From Geosiphon pyriformis uo1 (lineage: Eukaryota; Fungi; Glomeromycota), in NCBI GenBank assembly GCA_016748015.1, contig JAAOMT010000418.1:1-38953 (forward strand): 38,953 nt of DNA, written 5' to 3'. The translations under genes and the position numbers were made by a program. Under the pieces are notes generated by a model, which saw only the letters and a program-made list of their open reading frames with translations, searched no databases and was not told the origin of the DNA. Below are positions 12,946 through 24,200 of the stretch, piece after piece. How positions within the stretch are numbered: position 1 is the first letter of the stretch; every line of letters begins with the position of its first letter.

Positions 12946-12991
12946 GCAACAACAGCAACAACATTATGGAGGGTATGCTGATGGCTATTGA
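11430..12991 (+). CDS. CHS7: Chitin synthase export chaperone Chs7 (multi-TM ER protein), 5 exons, poly-Gln C-terminal tail
   Basis: MAQFGDFKGIC..CPLVG..GIEPKCYSRNVE..FQP|..IKSKYTAVG|RKEI..LNGFVGFQFAEDGTPLSLW|..[32 protein letters not shown]. These are diagnostic Chs7 motifs. Confidence 0.93.
12914..12961 (+). repeat. (CAA/CAG)n coding microsatellite (poly-Q in Chs7)
   Basis: A run of caa codons with two cag codons encodes about 16 Gln. Confidence 0.9.
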
Positions 12992-13366
12992 GCAGGGTAT
13001 TTAAAAGGATTTTATTTAGACTTTTGGTGATCTTTACTGCATCCCATCAAACTGTATAATTTTTTGTAATCATTATATTTTTACTTCAGTAATATAGTAT
13101 TCTTTCATTGATAATAGTTGTAATATTTTTTTTGTATTTTGATCTTGACCAAACTATTTTATGAACTCAAAATTTTTGTTAGTCATAACATCATTCATGA
13201 TTTTGATTGTTTCAGATCACGTTTAAACTGAATTCAAAAGTCGTTGCGGCGATCGTCAATTTTTATTTAATAAACCAATCGAAACTAACCATGGTAATCA
13301 AAGGATCAAAAATAAAAATCAACTGATATTATATATATATTTTTTGATATTTTAAATGAATAAATC

Positions 13367-14200
13367 ATGAGTTTAACGCTTCTGAATGAATAATCTCTGA
13401 GTATTCTAAATAATTATTATAAAAGAATGAAGTGAAGGACGACCAAAAACTCTAATTATCAAATCTACCATCTTAAACCCAACACCTACTCTAACCACTC
13501 GAACTAACACTTGCATGCTAAAAACTTTGATCTCTATTGCTTTTTTTACGGGAATTCTAAGTTGATCAAGTAGTATTGCGATCAGATTCAAAATATCAGT
13601 GTGTAGAGATTTTTTAATATCGTTAACAGCATGATCACATGATAATGTTGATGGTGGGGCTGATACTTCTACTTCAAAGATTTCTTTATCATCGAATAAT
13701 CGAACTCCCAGCAAGAAGTTTGAAGTGAAGGACGACCAAACGACATTAGCCGAATTATTTCTAGCTAGTGCTAGATCTATGCCGTACATTTTAAAGCACC
13801 TCAAGGTTACTCCCCAGATAACTAAGTAGAAACATAAGAAGCAAAATGGGCGTCACAATAGTTTTAAGATAGATCAAACACAAAGAAAGTATTAGCACGA
13901 ACAGGAATTACACGTATTTGAGGAGTTAGTGACGGCCAAGTGTATTCAAATGCAGTCCCAACGTTCATATCCTCATCAACAACTAAATCCATACTGTAAA
14001 TTTCCAACCTAACCCGAGGCTATAAGCGTCGTATAATAAAAGATACAAAAAACAAAAGGGTTAACAAATTAAAAAATTTTGAAATAATAATATAAAAACA
14101 TGGTAACCTTGTTTGTTTGGGCTCGTTGCGAAATCTCCTTGACTAGGACTCAAGCCGAAACATAAAGTAATAACCAGAAAGAGTTTGATAATGTGAAGTC
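13367..14200 (-). CDS. Uncertain orphan multi-exon gene or pseudogene, possibly secreted
   Basis: Coding-like segments on the minus strand: a hydrophobic leader IKLFLVITLCFGLSPSQG (about 14190-14135, no in-frame ATG found), PRVRLEIYSMDLVVDED..TWPSLTPQI after a TAG acceptor, and the 132-codon ORF 13804-13406. No family recognised and the exon model is unresolved. Confidence 0.35.
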
Positions 14201-14581
14201 AAACACCAAGTTTTCTGATAATGGAGGTTATATTTCACCGGAATAGTTTGGTTTAGGTTGAATGCTAAAATTTTGTTTTTTTAAAGGAAGTATAAGTTTG
14301 GGAATATATATAACAGCAAAAGAATTGTGAAAAAACAAAAAAAAAATTTTTTTTTTTTTATAGATAACATCTTGATCTTTTGGTTAATCCAAAAAAGGGG
14401 TCAGTGTAACTCTTACAATCGTATGACAATGACAGTCGCTGTTTATTTATAGATTGTTTAATTATTTTAAAATGTAAAAAAATAATAAATCTTTAAATAT
14501 CCAAAATTTATAAAAACTATCACTTTTTTAAAAAAAAGAGTATTCTGCAATATTCCTTAAATCAATTATTTGAAATTTATG

Positions 14582-14838
14582 ACCGAAAATAGGTAACCCT
14601 CGAAAATAAGAAACTGAAAAATTACAAAATAAGAAACCTTTTTTTAAAAAAACTTATTTATTATTATTATTAATTTTTAATTCGTTAAAATGCATCTGAA
14701 ATAATAAAATAAGAATTTTTTTTTCTATTTGTTATTTGTACTACTATATAGACAAAAGATTAGAAAAATGAGAAACTTTCCATTTTAAAGGGCTTGATGA
14801 TCACAAAAATAGGTTTCTTATTTTCGGTGATGGGTTCT
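14582..14838. mobile_element. MITE-like element with repeated and inverted CGAAAATAAGAAAC motifs
   Basis: cgaaaataagaaac at 14601-14614 has an exact inverted copy gtttcttattttcg at 14813-14826. Further direct variants occur near 14583, 14626, 14706 and 14766. No coding capacity. Confidence 0.45.
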
Positions 14839-15806
14839 TTTTATTAATAACCAAGCTATTTAGCGAGAAAAAAATTTGAAAATACAATTAAAGAAATTTA
14901 AAAGAAAATATTTAAGAATTGCTTCAAAAAAAAATCTTTTATTAATTAAAACACAACAAAAAAATAAAATTAATTAATATATTAAATGTAAAGTTTGTCG
15001 CGTTGTGATGGTTTTTGTCGCGTTGTAATCATTACCCATCGCCAAGCCACACTATTTTTAGGATAAATTTTGAATGATGCCACAAGTTCACTTTGGTTTT
15101 GTTGCTATATTTAATACAAATATAAAATAAAGATAATAGTCTCTAATTGTTGTTGTACACAATAATGTTTTTTTTTTTTTTAATTTAGATATAATAATAA
15201 CAAAAAAAACACAAAACAAGTTATGTTTATTTATTTTAAAAAATTGGGCTAATATTATAAAAATCAAAACAATATATTTTTTAAAATATTTTTGAATGAA
15301 TAGTTTTTGTCTTAATATTTGGTATTTTTTAATAATTAAATGTATTTTTAACAATTGAATACAGTTTAATAAGTGCATATAATTTAAAAATTAATAATCA
15401 ACTTTTAATACTAATAAAAATACTTTCAATATTTAAAAAACTTTTAAAATAAGCACATATCTATAATATTAATAGTTTGATTTAAGTATAAATTTTTTTC
15501 TTACTCAAGATTCTAAATATGAAAAATATATTGTAAAATATATTAAATAATTACCTATTTAAGGAAATTAAATTCAGATTATATCGTGTGAAAATAAATG
15601 TTGTAAATCCTTTAAAATGCATCATAGTGATAAAGAAAATGTGATTAAGCAATAAATAAATTGGATACCTAGGATGTGTAACTGAGCTTCAAAGTAGGAA
15701 ATCATTCCAGATATACGAGATCGTTTCCATTGTTAATAAAACACAGAGAACTAAAAACTACGCTAACCTGGCTTTTCAATCTTCTTCTCACACCGCGAAG
15801 ACACCA

Positions 15807-16376
15807 ATGGTAAGCGATCTCCAACGTTTTGTAGAACGTTTCGTACAAGTCTATCAAGCGCCAAACGAACAACAAGAGCGAAACTTTCTGATAATTTTAA
15901 AATCCAACATTCTGCCGGGTCAAGAACTTTGGTTAGGTTACAAACGCCGAACCACCAACCCAACTTCACAGTACAACAAAGAGAAAGCAATAAAACAATG
16001 GGAGGATGCACCGACGTCTGCTTGTGGCATGGACGCATTTGTCACCTTGTTAACTAGTGTTTCGTATAATTTGCCGTTGTTTGAATGTTTGGCCGAGATT
16101 TTGATCCCGACGAGGGAGTTGGTTATGCGTTGGATGGCACCTTATTTACATCGACACAATAAGTATGACTTTGAGGAGGATAGTTGGCTGTGTGATCCAT
16201 GGGGAAGTGGCTATTGGACAGAGGATACTAGGGAATTAAATTTGAGACGGGATATGATTCATTGTTTGGATATTTTGAGAATGTTCAACGGACGGGAAGA
16301 TGTTATTGCTGAGGCGTTGGCGATTTTAGAGGAGAAAAATGTATCGGTTTACTTGAAGGCTTATTGTCAAGGTTAA
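15807..16376 (+). CDS. Hypothetical protein, 189 aa, paralogue A of a convergent pair (possible PriCT-2/D5_N-like)
   Basis: Intronless ORF. About half its residues match 16969-17574 by manual alignment (FLIILKSNI, CGMDAFVTLL, FECLAE, RWMAPYL, WLCD, FNGRE). Protein-level conservation with synonymous divergence supports a real gene. Confidence 0.85.
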   Translation: MVSDLQRFVERFVQVYQAPNEQQERNFLIILKSNILPGQELWLGYKRRTTNPTSQYNKEKAIKQWEDAPTSACGMDAFVTLLTSVSYNLPLFECLAEILIPTRELVMRWMAPYLHRHNKYDFEEDSWLCDPWGSGYWTEDTRELNLRRDMIHCLDILRMFNGREDVIAEALAILEEKNVSVYLKAYCQG

Positions 16377-16685
16377 AAGAATCTGAATTAAAATTGAGAA
16401 TCTGAATGGGGAATTATTTGAAAATATCGGGTACTGGATCTTTGATGAAATAAGATTATGCCAAGAGTATGTGAGTTTACTTCAAAAAAGTTTGATTTTG
16501 ATGTTAAGATTTGATTAAATTCTTAAAAAATCCATGGAAATTAAAATAGATCATCGAACAGACTAAAAGATCTCATTACGGCAATTCTTTAGAGCTCGAA
16601 CTTGGACATTATAAGGTTGAATAGTATATTGAATTAAGAAGTTAGCAAAACTTAAATTAAAATATTTGAAACACAATTATTAATG

Positions 16686-16715
16686 ATCAATCAATCGATT
16701 AATCGATTGATTGAT
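16686..16715. repeat. Perfect 30-bp palindrome between the convergent paralogues
   Basis: atcaatcaatcgattaatcgattgattgat equals its own reverse complement. Confidence 0.9.
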
Positions 16716-16968
16716 TTAAGACCAAGCTGAGGTCGTTTAATGAACGGAAATCAAGGCAATCTGGATTAGTCGGTTTTTTAACAAATTAATCCAACAGAAT
16801 AATCAGACTTCATCATAAATATCTCGAATATAACAAATAACTTATTTTTATTATGAAAGGAGTTAACAGATAAAATTCAGTTTTTCACACGTTTCACTAA
16901 CACCAAAACAGCCACTAAGACTTACTCATCAGATATAAAAAAGAATATCAACTAAACCATCCTCAACA

Positions 16969-17574
16969 TCACCATGGTGTCTCCTCATCTGAAATCCCTC
17001 TCAACATAACCTTCAAATACATCGGCATCTCAGCTTTCTCCAATATCTCCAAAGCTATATTAATTACCTGCTCCCTACCATTAAATTGTCGTAATACATC
17101 AACACACTCACAAATCCCATGTCGTAAATACATCTCACCCACATCTCGATTCATATACTCTGGACCCATTCGTCGTTGATCACATAACCACATATTCTGG
17201 GCTGGAATATATTTACTAAATCTTTTCAAATATGGTGCCATCCACCTAATTACCAACTCTCGTGATGGTGTCACGACCTCGGCTAAACACTCAAAAAAAG
17301 GCGTATTATAGGAAGCAGCGTTTAACAAAGTTACAAAAGCGTCCATACCACACGAGGAAGTGGGGGACTCGTCCCATTGTGTTATTGCTTTTTTCTCATC
17401 ATAGGGTTTTTGGTCTCGTTGCTCCGCAAATCGTTTTTTATATCTTAACCAAATTTCAATGCCGATTGGTATATTTGACTTGAGGATGATTAGAAAGCGA
17501 GATTCATGCCACTCTGATGGGGCTATGTATAAAGTGATTAGTCGTTCGATGAAACGGTGAAAATCAACCGACAT
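16969..17574 (-). CDS. Hypothetical protein, 201 aa, paralogue B of a convergent pair (possible PriCT-2/D5_N-like)
   Basis: Intronless ORF, colinear over its full length with 15807-16376. Confidence 0.85.
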   Translation of the reverse strand: MSVDFHRFIERLITLYIAPSEWHESRFLIILKSNIPIGIEIWLRYKKRFAEQRDQKPYDEKKAITQWDESPTSSCGMDAFVTLLNAASYNTPFFECLAEVVTPSRELVIRWMAPYLKRFSKYIPAQNMWLCDQRRMGPEYMNRDVGEMYLRHGICECVDVLRQFNGREQVINIALEILEKAEMPMYLKVMLRGISDEETPW

Positions 17575-17799
17575 TTTTATTTCTGGTTATAATTGAAATG
17601 CTATGTAAAGGTAATTTTATTTTTGAGCCACGAGAAAAGTCGAACTGTGCGGGCTAAAGGAAAAGCACCACGAAAAGAGTTCATAAGTGATAGACCTATT
17701 GATATAGGTTAATCTGCAGTGTTTCAATTTGATAGATCGTCATATTTGATTCACATTATTTATTTATTTCATACTGTAATGAAAATCTTTAATTATATA

Positions 17800-19281
17800 C
17801 TATTTGGGCTCACGCTCACACTTTGGACAATCGCATTCAAACCCATAAAATGCGAGACCAAACAAGCGTTCCTTTTTACTCAATTTACTATCTACATACG
17901 AAATCATGAGCTGCTCCCCAGCTTGAATGATTTTGGCGGCCGTAAAAACCTGGCGACTCCATATATCCGACTTCGGAACATTAGTATGATGAGTGTTTGG
18001 CTCACAATTATGATTGATTAAGGAAGCCTGTGGAAGCAGACAGGCCGTATCAGGACGTCCATGTTCATCCTTGTTTGCAAAAGAATTGCAACCCAAGGTA
18101 GACAAACATGTGATGAAGATCCAAAAATCAAATTTAAGGTCATAAGACGAAATATTTAAAACACTTAATATTTTTTCATAAATCGTAGGCCAGTATGGAT
18201 TGAAATCAAGACCCTTTTTTCCTAGCCTTTCGTATCGAGCCAGATAAACAATTTCCGGAATATCAAGTGGATTAATTCCACGCATGTTTGCTACACTGAA
18301 TACTTTCAAAACCAATAAATAGAGTAAACCAATCGTGGACGATCCTGTTTGAGTAACCAAGAGGATTGGGTTGAGATCTCTACCACAAAGAGATTTATGA
18401 TATCGCTGAAATGCTAACCCAAAACATTCCTCGTTACAATAACTTTCATTACAATCTTCATTGATACAAGGAAACCTTTCCTTCATTTCCGATAAAGGAC
18501 GATTGCAATAGTCACAACGTGGCGTGAAATGGTTATTCACGCATAAGAATGGATCTTCTTGGAAAATAACTTCGCCTTCCTCGATTCTCGCTACAGAAAA
18601 TATTCCAAATTGGACTTGAGATTTATTCGAAGGAAAAGTCTCGGAATCATCGCAGTTTTTATGAGAAGATGCCGCTAATTTCTTGTTAAAGTTTGCGAGG
18701 TCAACTTTAAGTGCCTTTAAAGTGATTGCCCGAACATTTTCTTGAAGCCCTTCAAGAGTGTAACGGCCTCTACGATTACTAGATCGCGGATCCCAAGGAT
18801 AAGTAACGCTAAAGGTAAACTTTCCATTATTTCCTTCGTATTCCTTATAATACTTATGTTTTACAAGCTTCTTCTCTTCACGATGACAGAGATCTTCTTT
18901 GGCTAACAAATCCTTACGATCGATCGGAATGCTTAATGAGTTGAATCGCTGAAATTTCAACAATCCCCTGAACTTTTTTTGAGCCCATTGATAAAGCTCG
19001 AGAGCGATATAAGCTTCACCTTGACGGTAGGCCGCTTTGAAACCTAAAATCTGGAAATTCTGATTACTTAAAGCTCCATCAGTTTCGCGTATTAGGTTAG
19101 AGACGCGTATAGCATCCATCACAGCCAGTTCCGGGAATCCTTGTTTGAGATAAACATAAGCACGGTTACACCATAATGCCGGGTCTTTGGGAGATATGGT
19201 AATTCCTTTATTGTATTCGATGAGTGCAGTTTCATAATCCCGCCGTTTAATAGCGTCATTTCCAAGGGAACGATGGTTCAT
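17800..19281 (-). CDS. TPR + split SET/MYND zinc finger + post-SET protein (SMYD-like lysine methyltransferase), single coding exon
   Basis: TPR: LGNDAIKRRDYETALIEYNKGI..WCNRAYVYLK. N-SET: GIFS..IEEGEVIFQEDP. MYND: CDYC..C...C...YCNEEC..YHKSLC. SET: LINHNCEPN, GEQLMISY. Post-SET: YGFECDCPKC. First ATG is at 19281; the track starts at an upstream TTG. Confidence 0.9.
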   Translation of the reverse strand: MNHRSLGNDAIKRRDYETALIEYNKGITISPKDPALWCNRAYVYLKQGFPELAVMDAIRVSNLIRETDGALSNQNFQILGFKAAYRQGEAYIALELYQWAQKKFRGLLKFQRFNSLSIPIDRKDLLAKEDLCHREEKKLVKHKYYKEYEGNNGKFTFSVTYPWDPRSSNRRGRYTLEGLQENVRAITLKALKVDLANFNKKLAASSHKNCDDSETFPSNKSQVQFGIFSVARIEEGEVIFQEDPFLCVNNHFTPRCDYCNRPLSEMKERFPCINEDCNESYCNEECFGLAFQRYHKSLCGRDLNPILLVTQTGSSTIGLLYLLVLKVFSVANMRGINPLDIPEIVYLARYERLGKKGLDFNPYWPTIYEKILSVLNISSYDLKFDFWIFITCLSTLGCNSFANKDEHGRPDTACLLPQASLINHNCEPNTHHTNVPKSDIWSRQVFTAAKIIQAGEQLMISYVDSKLSKKERLFGLAFYGFECDCPKCEREPK

Positions 19282-21299
19282 AATGATCAGCAACTTGGCG
19301 GTAAGAAAAATAATCAGAGAGCAAACAACCTATAAATACAAAAATATGTGTATAGAATCATATTCAAGTAAACAATTTCAATTTATCATTGAACTTAACA
19401 ATTTTCTGATAACCGATTGACATTGTCATATTAACGAGACTGAAATAAAGTTTATTATTAATCATCACCTTTCAAAAAATTGTCTATTCATTAACCACGC
19501 ATAGAGCTCAAGTATAATATATAAGATTTTGAACACTAATAAATTAAAATTCAATTTTATAAACTTAAGGAAGTATTAATAATTGTAATTAGATTTAACA
19601 TATGAAATTATAACTGCCACCATGTATATCCGGATAGAGTTTATGGAAATTAACGCATCATCCAAAAATGAAAACACAATTCTTTATAATAGAGATGACA
19701 TCTGCACACATTTGGCACCGACTTTAGCTATAAATTAATTGTCAAAAATCCAATACCTATTAATTAGTGTGACATGCCATTAACGAAAAAAATGATGGAA
19801 AATAGAAAAACTATTAAAAAAGATATGTATTGTTACACTTTGAAATTTGAAACAAAAAAACAATAAGAAATTACTTTTGATATTTAATATTTAATTTTGA
19901 TTCCTTTTTATTCAATAATTAAATATTTAATTCATCTAACTATTATTATTATTATTATTATTATTATTATCTCAATTTATAATAATTTTCAAATGTAATA
20001 AAATACAATAATTAAATTATGCACAACTCAAAATTTGTAAATCATTTTTAAACCTAAATTAATAAAATTAAAAATTGAATAATTATTAATTTGATTAAGA
20101 ATATTCACAATTTTATACTTGATTGAATTTTAAGTTTTTAAAATTTTTTTATTAATAATTATCAAAAAAAAATTGGTTTAATAATAATTTTAACATTAAA
20201 ATTTAATAAATATCATAATTTTGATTATAATTTATGAAAAAATTAAACAATACAATTATAAATATTTTCAAATATAAAAAATTTAAAAATTTATCAAAAA
20301 AACATTATAAAAAACAACAATTACAAAAACAGAAATAAAATTAAAAACTACAACAGATTTTAAAATTTTAAGTATAATAAAAGAAAAAAATTATCAAGTT
20401 CAATCTTAATTATAATATTTCATAAAATTTTTACATTTAATTTTATTAATTTAACATTTTAAATTATATTAAAACACAATTTTTTTTAAAAAATTAACTA
20501 GATTTAAAAATACAGCCAGTTATTAATATTAGTTTATTTAGATAAACATGTTTTTAATAGTGTTATTTAAATTAAAAAATTTTACTGTAATTAAGGCTAA
20601 TAAAACAGAATTAATAAAAACATTATTAATTAAAATTAAATAAATTAATATTTATATTTATTAATAATTATCTAATTATTATTTATATAATTAATAATTT
20701 AATTTAAACAATAAAATAATATAATTAAAATTTTATAAATATAAAAATATAAATTAATGTATTTTAATTTAAAATTAAATTTCTACACAAAATATATATT
20801 TTTTAATTTATAAAAATAGCTTAAACTGGTTTAACACAAAAATTAAAAACATATATATACATATTATATATTACAAATAATTTAAAAATAAAAATTATTA
20901 TTCTTATACCTAAAACACTTAGAAATATTGTTATTAAAACATTATTAAAAGTCTTAATATTTTATTCAAAATTTTAGTAATAATAATAATAAAATTATAA
21001 AATAATTTAAAGCTTTTAAAAATGTTATACAATATTTTTTAAATTTATAAATTGTTTAATATTTGAGAGTTTTATTAAACATAACAAAAAAACAAAAAAA
21101 GTTTAATGTAAAAAGTATTTTTCTGTAATAAAAAAATCGGAATGATTACATAAAAAACCATACAGCTGTGCACAATGCATTAATTGAAATTATCAATTTA
21201 AATTTCATTATTTTTAATAAAGGCATATTGTCAATAATGGCTGCCCAACAAAAATAGGTGTCCACCCAGTGCGATAATATAAATAACGATCTTTTGAAA

Positions 21300-24200
21300 T
21301 TAAAACCGCACCACTGGATTGTTATAGATGTTTGCATATCTTCCCAAAGCCCAAATTGTGAATGAAAACTTGTAATTGGGGTAACTGATCATACAATTCT
21401 TGTTGAAAACCCCTTCAATGGCCTCTTGTTTCCATTCGCCATTGGGTAGTTGGCGAGACATAATTAACTGTGCACATAAGGCCGAGAAGATGAGTTAATA
21501 GACGAACTTGGAACAAAGTTTGAAACAATTATAGAAACTATATTTGCTCCATACCTCGATTCCTCGTCTTATAGGTGTCTCATCAGGGTATTTAGCTGAC
21601 ATTAATGCTAGTAAGGCCCAGGCAGTATTAACCACCTGAGCTTCTGCATGGTTCACATATTCACCTAGTTCGCAAGACTGTTTTAGAGTTTGAAAGTTTA
21701 ATGTTAATCCAGTTGTATATGTTATTTTGATGGGCATGAATTTTCCTTTACCTCATAAGATTCACCCCAACCTCCATCCGCACGTTGTTTCATGATTAGA
21801 AAATCACAACCACGCATAACAGAAGGACTGATCAAAAGGTTTAAAATTCAGAAATTGAATAAAGGGTTGAAGCGTTTAAAGGTTAAAAATGAGAATGTTA
21901 CAAGACATACCTATTATAGTACGTTTCTCCGAAACTTGCCAAACTTTCCAACGCAAACATGGTTGCGTATGTAAAGCAAATTCCCCAGCTACCAAGCCAT
22001 CCTCCATTTTCGTGCTGGCTATTATAAATGAACTCGGCTGCTCTCTCACAAGCTTCGCTAAATTCTTTTAAATATGGAGTAAACCTGGAATTGGGGATGA
22101 TGGAATTTAAGGAAGATAATTACCTTATTTCTTGTGCTCGATAATCAGGATAATATTTTTGAAAGGTACAAAAGCTAGTTAAAACAGCAGTTGTGCATTC
22201 AGGATAACTATATTCAATCATGATATTGCCGAAAACTTCTGCGGGATTAATCAACTCAAGCCATGATGAACCGCGAATTCGTTCATAGCTTGCGAATCCG
22301 CCATTAGAATTTTGCATTGTTAATAAAACATCAACGGCTTGAAAAAGACGCTCTGTTGACACAAGCTTTGGAGTATAGCTTCGAAAATACACAAAAAAAT
22401 ATTAGCATTTTGAGTAAAACTCAAACCATAATGTTGTGAGGGAAGCCTACTCTAATCGTTTTTGAAGATAAAGAACGGCTTTAAGCCCTTCGGCGGTACA
22501 ATCTGAAACAGTATACCCTTGATCTCGAGTGCTAAATGGCCATGCACCTTTGGAATAATGGCGATAGCACTTTTGCAGATTCGGAACGTCTCGCTTGATT
22601 TGGCAGTCATCCAAGAATTCAAGGGCATGAATTAGGGATTTCCGGTTGGATGGTTCATCCCCTAGGCCTAAAGATCAGACGGAAAGGTAGCTTTCAGTAT
22701 TGATTTTAGTAGGAGATTTTGATTAAATCCCCCCTTTGTCTATACCGGCTTCAACGACAGCTTGAACAATAAAAGCCGTGTCCCATAGCTGTGAACCATT
22801 AGTCCCATTCATCATCATCCCTTCCTTGCCGAGCCTACTTAACTAGAATGGTAAAAAAATATTGCGAATTTATTGGTTATAATGATCTCGTGAAATTACC
22901 ACATAAAATCAATGATCCTTCTTTGAGAGAGATGGAAAGCCTTTGAATCCGCGCCTTCTTCAAAGTAACAACACACAAGATTCATAGCTTTATTAACCTG
23001 GAAATCGATAGGTATTATGTTAAATATAGATTTCTGAAAAGGATTGCATATCGGAAAAATTGTACTCACAGGTCCTAGATTAAGATAAAATGTATTCTCG
23101 TCCTCCATTTTCACTTGTCGGTAAACTTCTCGGAGAGAAAACTCACGTAATTCAAGAATATTTGGCAGTTTTTCGTAAATGTTCACAATTCCTACAAGAA
23201 ATTTGCGATTTTGAATAGAGGGTCGTCTGGGAATATTTCACAAGTATATCTTACCGTTGAGAAAATCCAAAATTGGACTGTGAGGAACATAAAGATCTGC
23301 CTTACTCACGTTATTTCTCGCCTTGCTCCACTCAATAGTGTCATAGGGCTGCGTATACAATTCTTGACGCAACTGTTCTATTAAGGGACAATATTTTGCA
23401 TGCAATCTTCGACCATATATATAGCACATAGGAAGGTAAACCATTCTGCAATGGCACCAAAATCGACCTGGATGAACGGGAAAATTTTTGGGAAGTATCC
23501 TAATTTGTGGTAACAAGACAAAAAGAACCTTGATGAAATAAACAGAAAATTTGATAATGAATATTTGTCTTTTTACTTTATATTTTTATACCATAATTCT
23601 GGTGGTACTGAATTCATCCCATCATAGTCATAGACATTCAACACTGATAGCCAAAACTTCCCCCAGGAAGGCGAACCTGTAGCACCTCCTGAAATCGAAA
23701 AGTCATTAGATTTCGCACAAATAACAGATGATAAAATAACCTTTTCCAGAACATACCTAGTTTATGGAGTGTACCTCTACTTTTGACCATTACTGGGTGG
23801 TCGGCAGGTATGCCCAAAATACGAAGTGTGACATAATTTAATGCTGTGCCAAAAACAGTTGAGTGGCCTTCGATGTGTCTACCAGTTGTTTTCTGGTTAG
23901 TAACAATCGTTTTAATAAATAATGAAAAAAATGTCCCTACATGCTCCAGCCTCCATCATCGGGATGTGCTCGATTAAATAAATAACGTATTATTTCAATA
24001 CGCCAATACTCGGGGATTGGGGTTTCAGTGACGTACATGGCAATAATTATTCCTGGTAATAAAAACATAGGTCCACCATACTCTCCAGCCCAATGTCCGT
24101 CTGCAGTTTGAAGTTGTTTGTAAAATTCAAAGCCAATTCGGGCTGCTTCTTTGGAAGTTTTTGGTAAGGGATGTATTTTACTTTCCTAATTGTCAAGATT

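Noticed and set aside
14994-15026. Direct repeat tttgtcgcgttgt x2 (MCB-like CGCG core)
   Set aside because: It is only a 20-bp local duplication with no linked evidence of function.
15088-15378. Short Ile/Lys/Phe-rich ORFs (also 8376-8603, 30577-30759, 31125-31346, 33227-33415)
   Set aside because: They have AT-driven composition, no motifs and no splice support.
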